NCBI GenBank assembly: GCA_963841435.1
Contig: CAWJCS010000003.1
Span: 928,001 to 992,000, forward strand
Source: an uncultured delta proteobacterium
Lineage (GTDB): Bacteria > Myxococcota_A > Polyangia > Polyangiales > Polyangiaceae
DNA length: 64,000 nucleotides
Direction of reading: 5' to 3'
The position numbers and the translations under genes were made by a program. Under the pieces are notes generated by a model. It was not told the DNA's origin. It saw nothing but the letters and a program-made list of their open reading frames with translations, and searched no databases. Shown one piece after another: positions 41,101-49,661 of this stretch (position 1 is its first letter; every line of letters begins with the position of its first letter).

Positions 41101-41160
41101 CTGGCAACCGATCCCACCGAGGCCCACGGCGAGGAGCACAAGGGCGCGCGCTCTCTTCAC
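38110..41160 (-). CDS. Large lipoprotein with beta-propeller (PD40/TolB-like) and hydrazine-synthase-alpha-like haem domain
   Basis: Lipobox GIGC; PAVSWDG, DPAFAPDG, PSFMRDG repeats; LGNVPVQADSS..VPGGVP..PGE..CAGCH; also CAAGNCH and CMFLGCH. Confidence 0.75.
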   Translation of the reverse strand: MKRARALVLLAVGLGGIGCQRDEQPERTTFYDRKIGPVLHGNCSISPTRSSCHVADPGGNAFGNLSTETYDTLNLRRDLLVDYGPYGVPGLLLKVVPPYKISLSKWDDAPPVLITTDVTHAGRSQIDFTSATFTTLQTWIDNGAAENNAKPAERRPALDPCTELIGNDPAFDGSVDPAAPDYGTFVSRVEPVIAGRCAAGNCHGARANVMHLTCGASPEQVRWNYFVFADYVSANTSSSEMLRRALSRDAGGSFHEGGTVFASRDDQGYVALEAWAAEKGGPTRVPTDPGFMFFADRVQPMLVKRGCMFLGCHSPSMFHDYRLRGGAGGHFGLPATRKNYELSLEQLALESPDPNASRLIRKNLSPSAGGIRHRGGNLFGPAELDDVCDPVAAETGPLDEQRPYCVVRRWFELERTARMGTSTPLGALAFVRAPAPADADLPQDFATYRPGAEVVEVALSRATDGTLSTGAETSLSALCGLDSATTDARRPAVSWDGNRIAFAARSGANDPFHVYVVDGGACALDPAIEAAPIDDAGRPVLANGALVHNFDPAFAPDGSIVFVSTRGNITNVDEIGYSGPQRTPADPSKLNANLYVRETGGKIRQLTFLTNQELLPSFMRDGRVIFTTEKRAPDFYQLAGRRINLDGGDYHPLFGQRSTIDFTQLTDVVELADKNLAMILSDKGAERGAGALAVVNRSIGIDQASADPDDYTVDPTAIGKPSPDFFQHSLALVDGAATGKLSGTQGAYRNPSPLPDGRLLVSYAPTVTALDAFSGKFEIAVVDPETGGRTTLVSDGSRDCLWPAAVYAKQNSGVFRSRYDEANAATTIGPGTKARVTILDVGVLQSLLFQNTRTGRPIPSGPRLGVWESLPPDQGVVDFASGGSFVVNDKYGQLYTRRQFLGNVPVQADSSAGMIVPGGVPVMLEASVKLATDSGPSAHAQREETQFYPGEDARQSFRRDLFGGLCAGCHGSVSGRELDIAVKPDILTTASQVMARDAPPKDLTSTTTAPQGPPFP

Positions 41161-41272
41161 GGTAGCCTCATCCTAACCGCCACGACGGCGCGTGGCCACA
41201 CGCGTCTCGCGCCACCGTCACGGCCCACGACCCGGAGGTCGTCCATCCACCGCGAGGGTGGCGTCAACGCAC

Positions 41273-42211
41273 CTACATCCGAGCGAGGGCGACCCGCGCG
41301 GCGTCACGCACGAAGGAATCGGGGTCGCCGAGGGCCGCGCGCACGGTGTCGAGAGCGCTGGGATCGGCAATCTGGCCGAGCGACCAGACGGCGGCCTTGC
41401 GCACGCTCGCGTCGGGTTCGTCGGCCGGTGTCGTGAGCGCCATCAGGCCGTCCACGGCGTCCCCGACGCGCATCGTGCCGATCGCGAGCACGGCAGCGCG
41501 CCTCACGTCGACCGAATCGTCGCCGATGCGTTCCACGACCGCTTCGACGTCATTGAACGCATTGACGCGCGTCGAGGCTTCGACGGCGGCGAGCCGCACG
41601 CGAGCGTCCTCGTCCGACATCGCGAACGACAGCTCGTCGTTCGGACCCACGCTGCTCAGGCGCTGCAACGCCCGAACCGAGGCCTCGCGCACCACGGGCG
41701 ACGCGTCGTTGCGAATCGCCGCGGCGAGGTACTTCGCTCCCGAGAGCGTCAAGAACTCGCCGAGCGCGCTCGCTGCGTGAGCACGGCGCGCTTCGGTCGC
41801 GGAGGCGTCACCGAGCGTCGCGGCGACCTCGGAGTACACCTGGCCGGGGCCGAACACGCCGAAGATGCGCCGCCTCAGCCACCAGGCCGCGATCTCGCGC
41901 GTCTTCGCGTTGCCGTCGTACAGCAACCCGGAGACCAGCGAGATGCACGAGAGGCACTCCATCTTCTCGCCGTGCTCGAGCACCTGCCAGATCTTGGTCG
42001 GTGCCACGACAGGCTTCAGATCCTTGCCGAACATCGACCGGATCACCTCCGGCGAGCTCACCGACTCGAGCGAGGAGCTTTGGAGGTTTTGGTAGACGGC
42101 GGCGCGCCCCGAGTGGGTGCTCTGATCGTTGTCCGCGTGCGCAGAGGACGAGACTGCCGCGAGGCCGAGTGCGGCCGCGCTCACCAGAAAGCGTCGAAGA
42201 ACGTTGTCCAT
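41273..42211 (-). CDS. Exported HEAT/PBS-repeat protein
   Basis: Signal peptide ..AHA; repeats VREASVRAL, VRLAAVEA, VRRAAVLAIG, VRKAAVWSLG, VRDAARVAL; CLSC motif. Confidence 0.85.
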   Translation of the reverse strand: MDNVLRRFLVSAAALGLAAVSSSAHADNDQSTHSGRAAVYQNLQSSSLESVSSPEVIRSMFGKDLKPVVAPTKIWQVLEHGEKMECLSCISLVSGLLYDGNAKTREIAAWWLRRRIFGVFGPGQVYSEVAATLGDASATEARRAHAASALGEFLTLSGAKYLAAAIRNDASPVVREASVRALQRLSSVGPNDELSFAMSDEDARVRLAAVEASTRVNAFNDVEAVVERIGDDSVDVRRAAVLAIGTMRVGDAVDGLMALTTPADEPDASVRKAAVWSLGQIADPSALDTVRAALGDPDSFVRDAARVALARM

Positions 42212-42238
42212 GGCTTTGCCTCAAATCTCCTTGGGGAC

Positions 42239-44566
42239 CTAGTACTGGCTCCCGCCGCCGCTGACGGGGTCGTTCGCGAACGGAACGAAGTCGGTGTTCT
42301 GACGGGAGTAGTACTGCCCGCCCATGTCGATGGCGCGAATCAGCTTGGCGAGCTCCTCGCGCGTCAGGCCCACCTCGGCCGCGTGATCCCAGCGCGTGCC
42401 CGCGATGGTGCCCTTGTTGTCGTCCACGGGGAACGGCTGGCCGAGCGCCCAGGCGTACTCGCTCGGGTTGCCCTCGGCCGCGACGTTGAGGACCTCGATC
42501 ATGCGGCTGTGGCGCGCATCGCTCGGCACGGCCCAGCGCGGCGGGACCGTACCGGTCACCATCGCACCGTCGAGGTTCATCTCCATCTGCAGTGCGGCCG
42601 GGTAGAACAGCGACACGTAGGAAGCCGGCCAGGCGCGCGTCTCGCGATCGTAGGTCACGGTGATCTCGCGGCTCGAGAGGTCGAGGCGCGGGATGTCGTA
42701 GGTGTCGGTGACCTCGCCGGTGACGGCGTCGGTCATCGTCACCTGGTAGAACTCCTGCGCCTTACTGCCGTTCGTGGTCTCGTTGTGGCACTGGACGCAC
42801 TTGGCATCGAGCAGCGCCTGGATCTCGTTCGCGTTGCCCGCCTTGGCGTAGGCCCAGGGGTACTCGACGCGATCGGCAACGGCGAGGTTGAACGGTTCGG
42901 GGTTGTTGCCCGCCGCGATCGTGAGCTGCTGGTCGGCGGGCAAGATCGCCTTGGTGCGATCCTCGTGGCAGCCGCCGCAGATGCGGCCCTCGCCCGGCAT
43001 CCCCTGAATCCAGGTGGTCTGGCTGCGAATCGACAGACCGAAGCGATCGATGGGCTGCAGGTGCATCGGCACGTAGGGCGGCACTTCCGCCATCCAGGAG
43101 CCGTCCTCGTTCACGCGAGCTTCGCCGAGCATCGCGGCTCCCTCGGCCATCGTCAGGCCGAACATCGTGGCGCCGGGGGCGGACTCGGTGGAGAAGCCCT
43201 CGATGATACGCACCTTCACGGCATCGCCGAGCGCGCGATCCATCGGCGTCCCGGCGGGAAACTGCGCGCCCTCCACGGTCTCACCGTGGCGCGCGTAAAG
43301 CGAGGTCTGCGTCACGTCGATCGAGCCGACGATGGCCGGCTTCGAGTCGTCAACCGTGTCCTGCCGGGTCGGCAGGATGGCGGGCTCGTCGCGCGCGACG
43401 ATCGGCCGGGCGTAGATCTCCCAGCTGCCTTCCCAGTTCTTCACGAGCTGGTTCTCGCCGCTCTTGGTGTCGTAGACGTAGATGCCGTAGTCGGGCGGCG
43501 TGAGCTCGAACTCCATCGTGTCGTTGACGACGCCCGGGGCCCACGAAACCAGCAAGCGACCGTCGGGCAGCATCGCGGGCGAGCGGTAACGACCGACGGG
43601 CGACGGGCCGTCACCCGTGGGCACGAGCGGCGTCACGAGCGAGAAGGCGTCCTCCTTTTCCTCGTCGACACGCAGCGCGTCAGCGGCGCTCCGGGCGTCG
43701 TAGCGGAACAACGAGCCCGCCTGGATGGTGTTCTCGCGATTGGTGACGACGCCGTAAAAGACGTTGGGCGTCGTGCCCTCGGTGACCTGCACGAGGGAGT
43801 TGCCCGGCTTGCCGTGCTGGCCGCCGAGCGCCGTCATCTGCGTGCAGTCCGGGTTCATCGCGAAGAGCTTCACGTCGTTGACGTTCTCGAGGTGCTCCCA
43901 GCGCGAGAAGCCCACGCGACCGTCGTCCATCGAGAAAAGCGTCACCGTGTGCGACAGATTCTGCGAGCAGAGCTTGCGATCCGCGTCGCCGCCGTCGAGC
44001 GAGACGGACCCGAGCTGGGTCACCACCTGCGAGTGGTTGTACTCGTCGGCGCGCGTGCCCATCTGCGTGTAGCCCTGGTTGGTCACGAACACGATGCGGT
44101 TGCCCGTCGACCAGATGGCATTGATGTCGTCGTAGTTACCGAAGGTGAGCTGGTGGATCTCGCTCTCGCCTTCGGCGAGGCTCGCCCAGTACACGTGGTA
44201 CCGATCGCTCGCCTTCGTCTTCATCGTGAAAAGGACGCGGGTCGCGTCGTAGCTCACGTCGACGCTCGAAACGTCCGCCTCGGGGTAGCCGGCGATGAGG
44301 TTCGTGATGTCGCCCGTCCTGAGATCGAGCACCTCGAGCCGCCCACCGGGCTCGTAGCGGCCGTAATCCATCACCTGGCCCATGCCGCCCGCGACGTCGA
44401 TGGCGGTCACGTCGCCGTTGCCGTCGAGCACGGTGTGCTGGCGCACGGCGTAGACGATCCGACCCACGTCGTTTTTGCCCTGATCCTCGGTGGACGTTTG
44501 CCCTGAGCACGCGGCGAGGCCGAGCAACGTCAGGATCGGGAGCGAGGTCTTGAGCGAGCGAACCAT
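42239..44566 (-). CDS. HzsA-related lipoprotein (beta-propeller + HZS-alpha middle-like domain, two CxxCH)
   Basis: Lipobox LAAC; DVSYDA, SRWEH, YRSP..LPDGRLLVS; LGEARVNEDGSW.AEVP..PMHLQPID..TWI..PGE.RICGGCHE; CVQCH; AGGAG RBS. Confidence 0.8.
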   Translation of the reverse strand: MVRSLKTSLPILTLLGLAACSGQTSTEDQGKNDVGRIVYAVRQHTVLDGNGDVTAIDVAGGMGQVMDYGRYEPGGRLEVLDLRTGDITNLIAGYPEADVSSVDVSYDATRVLFTMKTKASDRYHVYWASLAEGESEIHQLTFGNYDDINAIWSTGNRIVFVTNQGYTQMGTRADEYNHSQVVTQLGSVSLDGGDADRKLCSQNLSHTVTLFSMDDGRVGFSRWEHLENVNDVKLFAMNPDCTQMTALGGQHGKPGNSLVQVTEGTTPNVFYGVVTNRENTIQAGSLFRYDARSAADALRVDEEKEDAFSLVTPLVPTGDGPSPVGRYRSPAMLPDGRLLVSWAPGVVNDTMEFELTPPDYGIYVYDTKSGENQLVKNWEGSWEIYARPIVARDEPAILPTRQDTVDDSKPAIVGSIDVTQTSLYARHGETVEGAQFPAGTPMDRALGDAVKVRIIEGFSTESAPGATMFGLTMAEGAAMLGEARVNEDGSWMAEVPPYVPMHLQPIDRFGLSIRSQTTWIQGMPGEGRICGGCHEDRTKAILPADQQLTIAAGNNPEPFNLAVADRVEYPWAYAKAGNANEIQALLDAKCVQCHNETTNGSKAQEFYQVTMTDAVTGEVTDTYDIPRLDLSSREITVTYDRETRAWPASYVSLFYPAALQMEMNLDGAMVTGTVPPRWAVPSDARHSRMIEVLNVAAEGNPSEYAWALGQPFPVDDNKGTIAGTRWDHAAEVGLTREELAKLIRAIDMGGQYYSRQNTDFVPFANDPVSGGGSQY

Positions 44567-44618
44567 GGTCAGACTCCTTACGGGGGCCCAGGGCAGGCTA
44601 AGGGCCACCCCCAGCTGT

Positions 44619-44634
44619 TGCAGCTCTTGGACCA
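44619..44634 (-). promoter_or_regulatory. Putative sigma54 (-24/-12) promoter of the HzsA-like operon
   Basis: Minus strand TGGTCCAAGAGCTGCA = GG-N10-GC, about 50 nt upstream of ATG 44566. Confidence 0.5.
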
Positions 44635-44646
44635 CAAAACATTCCC

Positions 44647-44663
44647 GTGATTTCAGATAGTTA
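44647..44663. promoter_or_regulatory. Putative IHF-binding site
   Basis: GTGATTTCAGATAGTTA, one mismatch to WATCARNNNNTTR, just upstream of the sigma54-like box. Confidence 0.45.
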
Positions 44664-44793
44664 CAAGCTGGCACGCGGGGCCCCGGCCCCCGAACGACGC
44701 CCCGAGCCGGGGGCGGGTTCCCCCAAGGTCGGAGCGCGCGGAGTCTCGGCCCGCTTTGCCGGCCGCGCCGTCGAGGGTAGTTGTTCGGCCGTT

Positions 44794-45459
44794 TTGGAAG
44801 GCGTGAAGTTCGACCAAGCCGGGCTCGTACCGGCGATCGCCCAGGATCGCCTCACGGGCGCCGTGCGCATGGTGGCGTGGATGAACCGCGAGGCGCTCGA
44901 GCTGACGCTCGCCACGGGGCGCGCCACTTTCTTCAGCCGTTCGCGCAACGCGCTCTGGGTGAAGGGCGAAACGAGCGGCCACACGCTCCACGTCTCGGAG
45001 ATCGTCGCCGATTGCGACGGCGACACCCTGCTCTTGCTCGTCGACCCCGAGGGGCCCTCTTGCCACACGGGGCGACCGACCTGCTTTTTCCGACCGCTGT
45101 CGACCGACGGCCTGCGCGAGGCGCCGCGCGAGTCGTTGCCCTACCTCTTCGAGCTCGAAGCCGTGATTGCGGAGCGCGCGAGCTCGACAGCCGAAAAGAG
45201 CTACACGCGCTCGCTCCTCGACAAGGGGGCCGCGGGCATCAATCCGAAGATCCTCGAGGAGGCCGGCGAGCTCGCCCAGGCGATCGAGGGCGAAAGTGAC
45301 GAGCGGGTGGCGAGCGAGGCCGCCGATCTGCTCTATCACGCGCTCGTGGGCCTGAAGCTCAGAGGCGTCTCACTGAGAGAGGTCGTCGAGAAGCTCGCGC
45401 TGCGCTCGCAGACCTCGGGCCACGCCGAGAAGGCCGCGCGCGCGCCCAAGCGAGACTGA
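44794..45459 (+). CDS. hisIE: Bifunctional phosphoribosyl-AMP cyclohydrolase / phosphoribosyl-ATP pyrophosphatase
   Basis: [48 protein letters not shown]; start approximate. Confidence 0.95.
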   Translation: MEGVKFDQAGLVPAIAQDRLTGAVRMVAWMNREALELTLATGRATFFSRSRNALWVKGETSGHTLHVSEIVADCDGDTLLLLVDPEGPSCHTGRPTCFFRPLSTDGLREAPRESLPYLFELEAVIAERASSTAEKSYTRSLLDKGAAGINPKILEEAGELAQAIEGESDERVASEAADLLYHALVGLKLRGVSLREVVEKLALRSQTSGHAEKAARAPKRD

Positions 45460-45633
45460 GCGGCGCCGCGACCCACGGGGCCGGGAGCCGCTCGGCGCCG
45501 TTCGGCGGGCGGGCGCGGGTGGCGCGCTTAACGAAGTGGTGCGGAAGGCGCATGCGCGCGCCGTTTTTTCCTTGGGGTTCATGCAGTTTGACCCTGCTCG
45601 CGGCGAGCGAGTATCGTCATGGGCCCGGCGACG

Positions 45634-47730
45634 ATGAACAAAAAGGTGTTGATCTTCGAGAGCGACGCCGCGTTCGCGGAGGAGCTTCGCTCGGGATTCG
45701 CGGGCATTGGCTGCGACGTGTCGGTGGTGGACGATGCGACGCAGGGGCTGCAGGAAGCAGCCCGCAGTCGGCCCGACCTGATCGTGCTCGCCGTGGAGCT
45801 GCCGCGCAGCAACGGCTTCTCGGTCTGCAACAAGCTCAAGCGCGACGCGGGCCTGCAATCGGTTCCCGTGCTCATCCTGAGCCGCGACTCGACGGACGAG
45901 ACGTTCGACCAGCACCGACGCCTCAGGGGGCGTGCCGAAGACTACATCCACAAGCCCGTGAGCTTCGGGGATTTGTTGGCACGGGCCCAACAGTTCACCT
46001 CGCTCGCGGCGACCCCGTCGGGACCCGGCGAGTCGGCCCCCGAGAGCACGGCGCACGTGACCGACGACGAGCTCGTCATCGATTCGATTCCGCCGCCGGC
46101 CGTCGAGGAAGAGGAGGTGCTGATCGCGCCGCCCAGCATCGCGCCGCTGAGCGGGCCACCCGTCACGGTCGAGGACCTCGAGATCCTCAGCGAGACACCG
46201 CCGCCACCGGCCTCGATCGAGGAGGTTTCGCTGGCTCCGCTGCCGCTCGAATCGGACGAGCCGATGGAAATCGTGAGCGACCCGCCCCCCGCCGAGGACG
46301 CACCCGGCTTCGTCGCGGGCAGCGAACTGCCGACGAATTCGCTCGTGGCGCCCGCGAGCGTTGCGCCCTCGGCGCGACCGCCCTCGCTCGGTCCGGCGTC
46401 CGCGCGCCGCCCGTCGGAAAGCGTCAACATGGCGCGCCTGCGCGAGCAGGTCGAGCGCCAGCGGCAGCGGCTCGCGGAGCTCGAGGAATCCGAGCGCGCG
46501 GCGCGAGCCCGCGCCGACGAGCTCGACGAGGCACTCCGACGCGGCGCCGCCAAGGACGCGGAGGTCCAGCGCCTTCAGCGGGATCTCGACGAGGCCAAGG
46601 CCAAGGTCGTGTCCGGCAAGTCGTCGGGCTCCGCGCGCGAGTTCCTCGATCTGAGGGAGCAGCTCAACCGCAAGGACAAGGAGATCCTCGAGCTCAGGGA
46701 TCAGGTCACGCATCGCGACAAGGAGCTGCTCGCGCTCAAGGATGGCGCGCTCGCGTTCGAACGCCAAAAGGCGGATTTTTCCGATCGCGTCCTCGAAGCC
46801 GAGCAGCGTCTCACCGAAGCGCAGCGCCGCGAGGAAGCCGCCAAGGAAGACAAGGAGCAGGCGACCAAGCGCGCGGAGGATTTCCGGCGCAAGACGGAAA
46901 AGCTGAAGAGCGACTTCGAGCTGCTCTCGGGCGAGCTCTCCAACGACCGCGCCGCGCACCAGGCCGAGCTTGCCGAGCGCGACGCCCGCGAGGCCGCGCT
47001 GCGCCAGGACCTCGAGGACGCGAAGAAGAAGGCCGAGGCCGAGCTCGAGGCCGCCGTCCAGGCCACGGAGGACCAGGGGCAGCAAAAGCTGGACGAAGCG
47101 CTCGCCACCGCACGGACGGCGGCCGAGGAGGAGCGCCGCGCCGCCATCGAGACGGCGCGCAGCGAGGGGCAGGCTGCGGCCACCGAGGAGTTCGAGACCA
47201 AACGGCAGGCGCTCGCGCGCGCCCACGACGAGGCGGTCTCCAAGGTGCGTGCCGAGCAGGCGCAAGCGCTCGGCGAGGTCGAACAGAAGTCGGCGGCGAT
47301 GGTGGCCGAAAGCCAGCGCGAGCTCGAGCAGCGTTCGCGCGAGCTCGAGGAGAAGAACTCGCGCGTCGCGAGCCTCGAGAGCGAGCTCGCCGAAAAGGCG
47401 ACCGCGCTCTCGGAAGCCAACGAGAAGCTCGAGCGCCTCGAACGGGAGCACTCGCGCGTGAGCACGGAGCTCGGCGAGGCGACGAACGAGCTCGAAGCCT
47501 TCCGCGACACCTCCGCTCAGCGCGCCAAGGCCATCGCGAAGCTCGAGGCGGACGTCGAGGCTGCGCGGACGGCTGCGATGGCCGCCGAGCAGACCATAAA
47601 GGCCACGGCGGGCGAGCTCGCCAAGGTCCGATCCGACCAGCAACAGAGCCGCGCCGCGCTGGAGGGCGCGAAGGACGCGCTCGCCCTCGCGCTCGTGCGC
47701 GTCGAGCTCGCCCAGGGTACGGGCGAGTAG
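45634..47730 (+). CDS. frzS: FrzS-like pseudo-receiver / acidic Pro-rich linker / long coiled-coil protein
   Basis: KKVLIFESD..RPDLIVLAVEL..NGFSVCNKLK..QHRRL..EDYIHKPV; Ala at the phosphoacceptor position; C-terminal coiled coil of roughly 430 aa. Confidence 0.75.
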   Translation: MNKKVLIFESDAAFAEELRSGFAGIGCDVSVVDDATQGLQEAARSRPDLIVLAVELPRSNGFSVCNKLKRDAGLQSVPVLILSRDSTDETFDQHRRLRGRAEDYIHKPVSFGDLLARAQQFTSLAATPSGPGESAPESTAHVTDDELVIDSIPPPAVEEEEVLIAPPSIAPLSGPPVTVEDLEILSETPPPPASIEEVSLAPLPLESDEPMEIVSDPPPAEDAPGFVAGSELPTNSLVAPASVAPSARPPSLGPASARRPSESVNMARLREQVERQRQRLAELEESERAARARADELDEALRRGAAKDAEVQRLQRDLDEAKAKVVSGKSSGSAREFLDLREQLNRKDKEILELRDQVTHRDKELLALKDGALAFERQKADFSDRVLEAEQRLTEAQRREEAAKEDKEQATKRAEDFRRKTEKLKSDFELLSGELSNDRAAHQAELAERDAREAALRQDLEDAKKKAEAELEAAVQATEDQGQQKLDEALATARTAAEEERRAAIETARSEGQAAATEEFETKRQALARAHDEAVSKVRAEQAQALGEVEQKSAAMVAESQRELEQRSRELEEKNSRVASLESELAEKATALSEANEKLERLEREHSRVSTELGEATNELEAFRDTSAQRAKAIAKLEADVEAARTAAMAAEQTIKATAGELAKVRSDQQQSRAALEGAKDALALALVRVELAQGTGE

Positions 47731-47731
47731 C

Positions 47732-48496
47732 TCAGTCGGCGCGGCGAGCCCGCGTCGCCTCGATCAGGTGGAACTGGCGTGGCCTGAGCGGCCACACGAA
47801 GTAGGCATGCGGCCGCTCGGCGGGGAAAAATCCCCCCGTGAGATGATCGATGAGCACCGCCTGGCGCTTGGCGATCCCCCCGGCCTCGTCTTCGAAGACG
47901 GGGTAGAAGTGCTCGAGGATCTCGGCGTCGTCGAGGCGGCGATCGGTGTCGACGCGGACCTCGAGCGCAGGCTCGATCTCGCCCGACACCCGATCGTGAA
48001 AGCTTGCCCACGAACGCCCCTCGGTCGCCCGCCGAACGGCGTCGCGGATCTTCGCGAGACGCGGGTCGCCGTCGTCGGTGGTCTCGAGCAGGACCCTGAG
48101 CTGGCCTATCACGTTCGAAAACAGGATCGCCGCGTCACCCTCGGCCCTGAGCAGCTGGACGAGCCCCGCGGGATCGGCGAGCAGTCGATCGTCCCTGACG
48201 AACCGGAGCCGCGGCCGGTGCTCGAGCGGCGCCCGGGCGAGCCTGCGCCGAAACAGCACGTGAGCAAGCGGATCCGGCTCGAGGCACACGACCTCGTCGA
48301 AGCGCTCGTAGAAAAAGGGCTGCACGCACCAGCCGCCGCTCGGCCCCACGACGACGAGCTTCTGCTCGGGTGGCTCCCAGGCGTAGAGCCATTCGGCGAG
48401 CGCGAAGCGAAACGGGGCCCAGAGCGTCTCCGCGTAGCGAAACCCCCGCACGTGGTAGCGCAGGCCGCCCGCGGGATTGGTGAGCGAAAAGCTCAC
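47732..48496 (-). CDS. Hypothetical protein (possible Rossmann/SAM-methyltransferase-like fold)
   Basis: LVVVGPSGGW, VCLEPDP, LFSNVIGQL; GTGA-coupled to the upstream gene. Confidence 0.65.
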   Translation of the reverse strand: MSFSLTNPAGGLRYHVRGFRYAETLWAPFRFALAEWLYAWEPPEQKLVVVGPSGGWCVQPFFYERFDEVVCLEPDPLAHVLFRRRLARAPLEHRPRLRFVRDDRLLADPAGLVQLLRAEGDAAILFSNVIGQLRVLLETTDDGDPRLAKIRDAVRRATEGRSWASFHDRVSGEIEPALEVRVDTDRRLDDAEILEHFYPVFEDEAGGIAKRQAVLIDHLTGGFFPAERPHAYFVWPLRPRQFHLIEATRARRAD

Positions 48497-49254
48497 TCCG
48501 ACCGTTCCAGCTCGCCCTCGAACGGCACCCAGCGACCCTCCAGCAACCGCTCGTGCGGGACGAAGCGAGCCTTGTAACGCATACGCTCGCAGTCGCCGAT
48601 ATAAAGGCCAAGGTAGAGGTGCCGGAGGCCCAGGCTCTTGCAGAGCTCGACCTGCTTGAGGATCGAGTACGTGCCGATGCCGAGGCTCTCGAGCTCGGGA
48701 TCGTAGAAGCAGTAGACCGCCGACAGCGAATCCTCGGCCCGATCGACGAGCGCCACGCCGACGAGCTCTCCGTCAACGGTGTAGCGGAGCTCGAAGCTGT
48801 CGCAGCAGGTCATGACGAGAAACTGGCGATAGCCCGCCAGGTCGATCTCCTGGTCGCCGAGGCCGCGCAGCTGCTTGTGCCGGTTGTAGAGAGCGACGCG
48901 TCGCTCGTCGAGCAGCGGCGGCCCCATCTCCACCGAGAGCACGCGAGCGCCGCGAGCGAGCGCGCGGCGCTGCGAGCGGTTGGCCCGGAACTTTTGTACG
49001 TCGAGCCGGATGGGCTCGCAGGCGCGGCAGCTCGGGCACGCGGTACGGTAGAGGAACATGCCCTGGCGGCGGTCACCCGCCGCCAGGCGCTCGTCGAGCT
49101 CGTCGCCGGCGAGGCGTCGCGACGGCACGCGCAGGGGCAGCACGGCCGTACGACCCGTCACGTAGGGGCAATCGTGCGGCTCGTCGTACACGACGATCTC
49201 CGGGGGCGTCCCCGGGATCACGCGCGGGGGTACGACGGGGCTCGCGCGGGTCAC
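48493..49254 (-). CDS. bpt: Bacterial ATE1-like aminoacyl-protein transferase (Asp/Glu leucyltransferase Bpt)
   Basis: HDCPY, GDRRQG..YRTACPSCRACEPIR, LSAVYCFYDP, LGIGTYSIL, LYLGLYI..C..MRYK. Confidence 0.9.
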   Translation of the reverse strand: MTRASPVVPPRVIPGTPPEIVVYDEPHDCPYVTGRTAVLPLRVPSRRLAGDELDERLAAGDRRQGMFLYRTACPSCRACEPIRLDVQKFRANRSQRRALARGARVLSVEMGPPLLDERRVALYNRHKQLRGLGDQEIDLAGYRQFLVMTCCDSFELRYTVDGELVGVALVDRAEDSLSAVYCFYDPELESLGIGTYSILKQVELCKSLGLRHLYLGLYIGDCERMRYKARFVPHERLLEGRWVPFEGELERSE

Positions 49255-49661
49255 GGCTTCGGCTCCAACACGAACGGTTCGGGTAGAAGCGCCGCGAGCG
49301 TCATCGTCCGGCGACCGGAGGGGCCCGCCACGGTGACCTCCGCATCGTGCCCGAACTCGTGCAGCACCTGACGACAAAGACCGCACGGCATGACGAGCTC
49401 GGGGCCCTCCGCGTACACGGCCACGCGCTCGATGGCTCGTTCGCCTGCCGCGACCATCGCGGCCACGGCGGAGCGCTCCGCGCAGAGCGTCGCCCCGTAG
49501 GAGGCGTTCTCGACGTTGGCACCAACGTACGTCTCCCCGCTCTTGCTCACGATCGCGGCCCCCACGCTAAACCCGGAGTAAGGTGCATAAGCGTGCTCGC
49601 GCGCCCGGCGGGCCGCCTCGACGAGCGGATCGACGCGCTCGGAGGCGACGCCGTCAGTCAT
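49251..49661 (-). CDS. cdd: Cytidine deaminase
   Basis: AYAPYSGFSVGA, NVENASYG..CAERSA, PCGLCRQ. Confidence 0.95.
   Translation of the reverse strand: MTDGVASERVDPLVEAARRAREHAYAPYSGFSVGAAIVSKSGETYVGANVENASYGATLCAERSAVAAMVAAGERAIERVAVYAEGPELVMPCGLCRQVLHEFGHDAEVTVAGPSGRRTMTLAALLPEPFVLEPKP

Noticed and set aside
41192-44506. 1104-aa plus-strand ORF and similar long antisense ORFs (29337, 31276, 45370)
   Set aside because: Shadow frames of real opposite-strand genes in high-GC DNA
38110-44566. Evidence for anammox metabolism
   Set aside because: Only alpha-like domains; no hzsB/hzsC or hydrazine dehydrogenase; context is myxobacterial
44669-44684. TGGCACG as a sigma54 promoter for hisIE
   Set aside because: No GC at the -12 position
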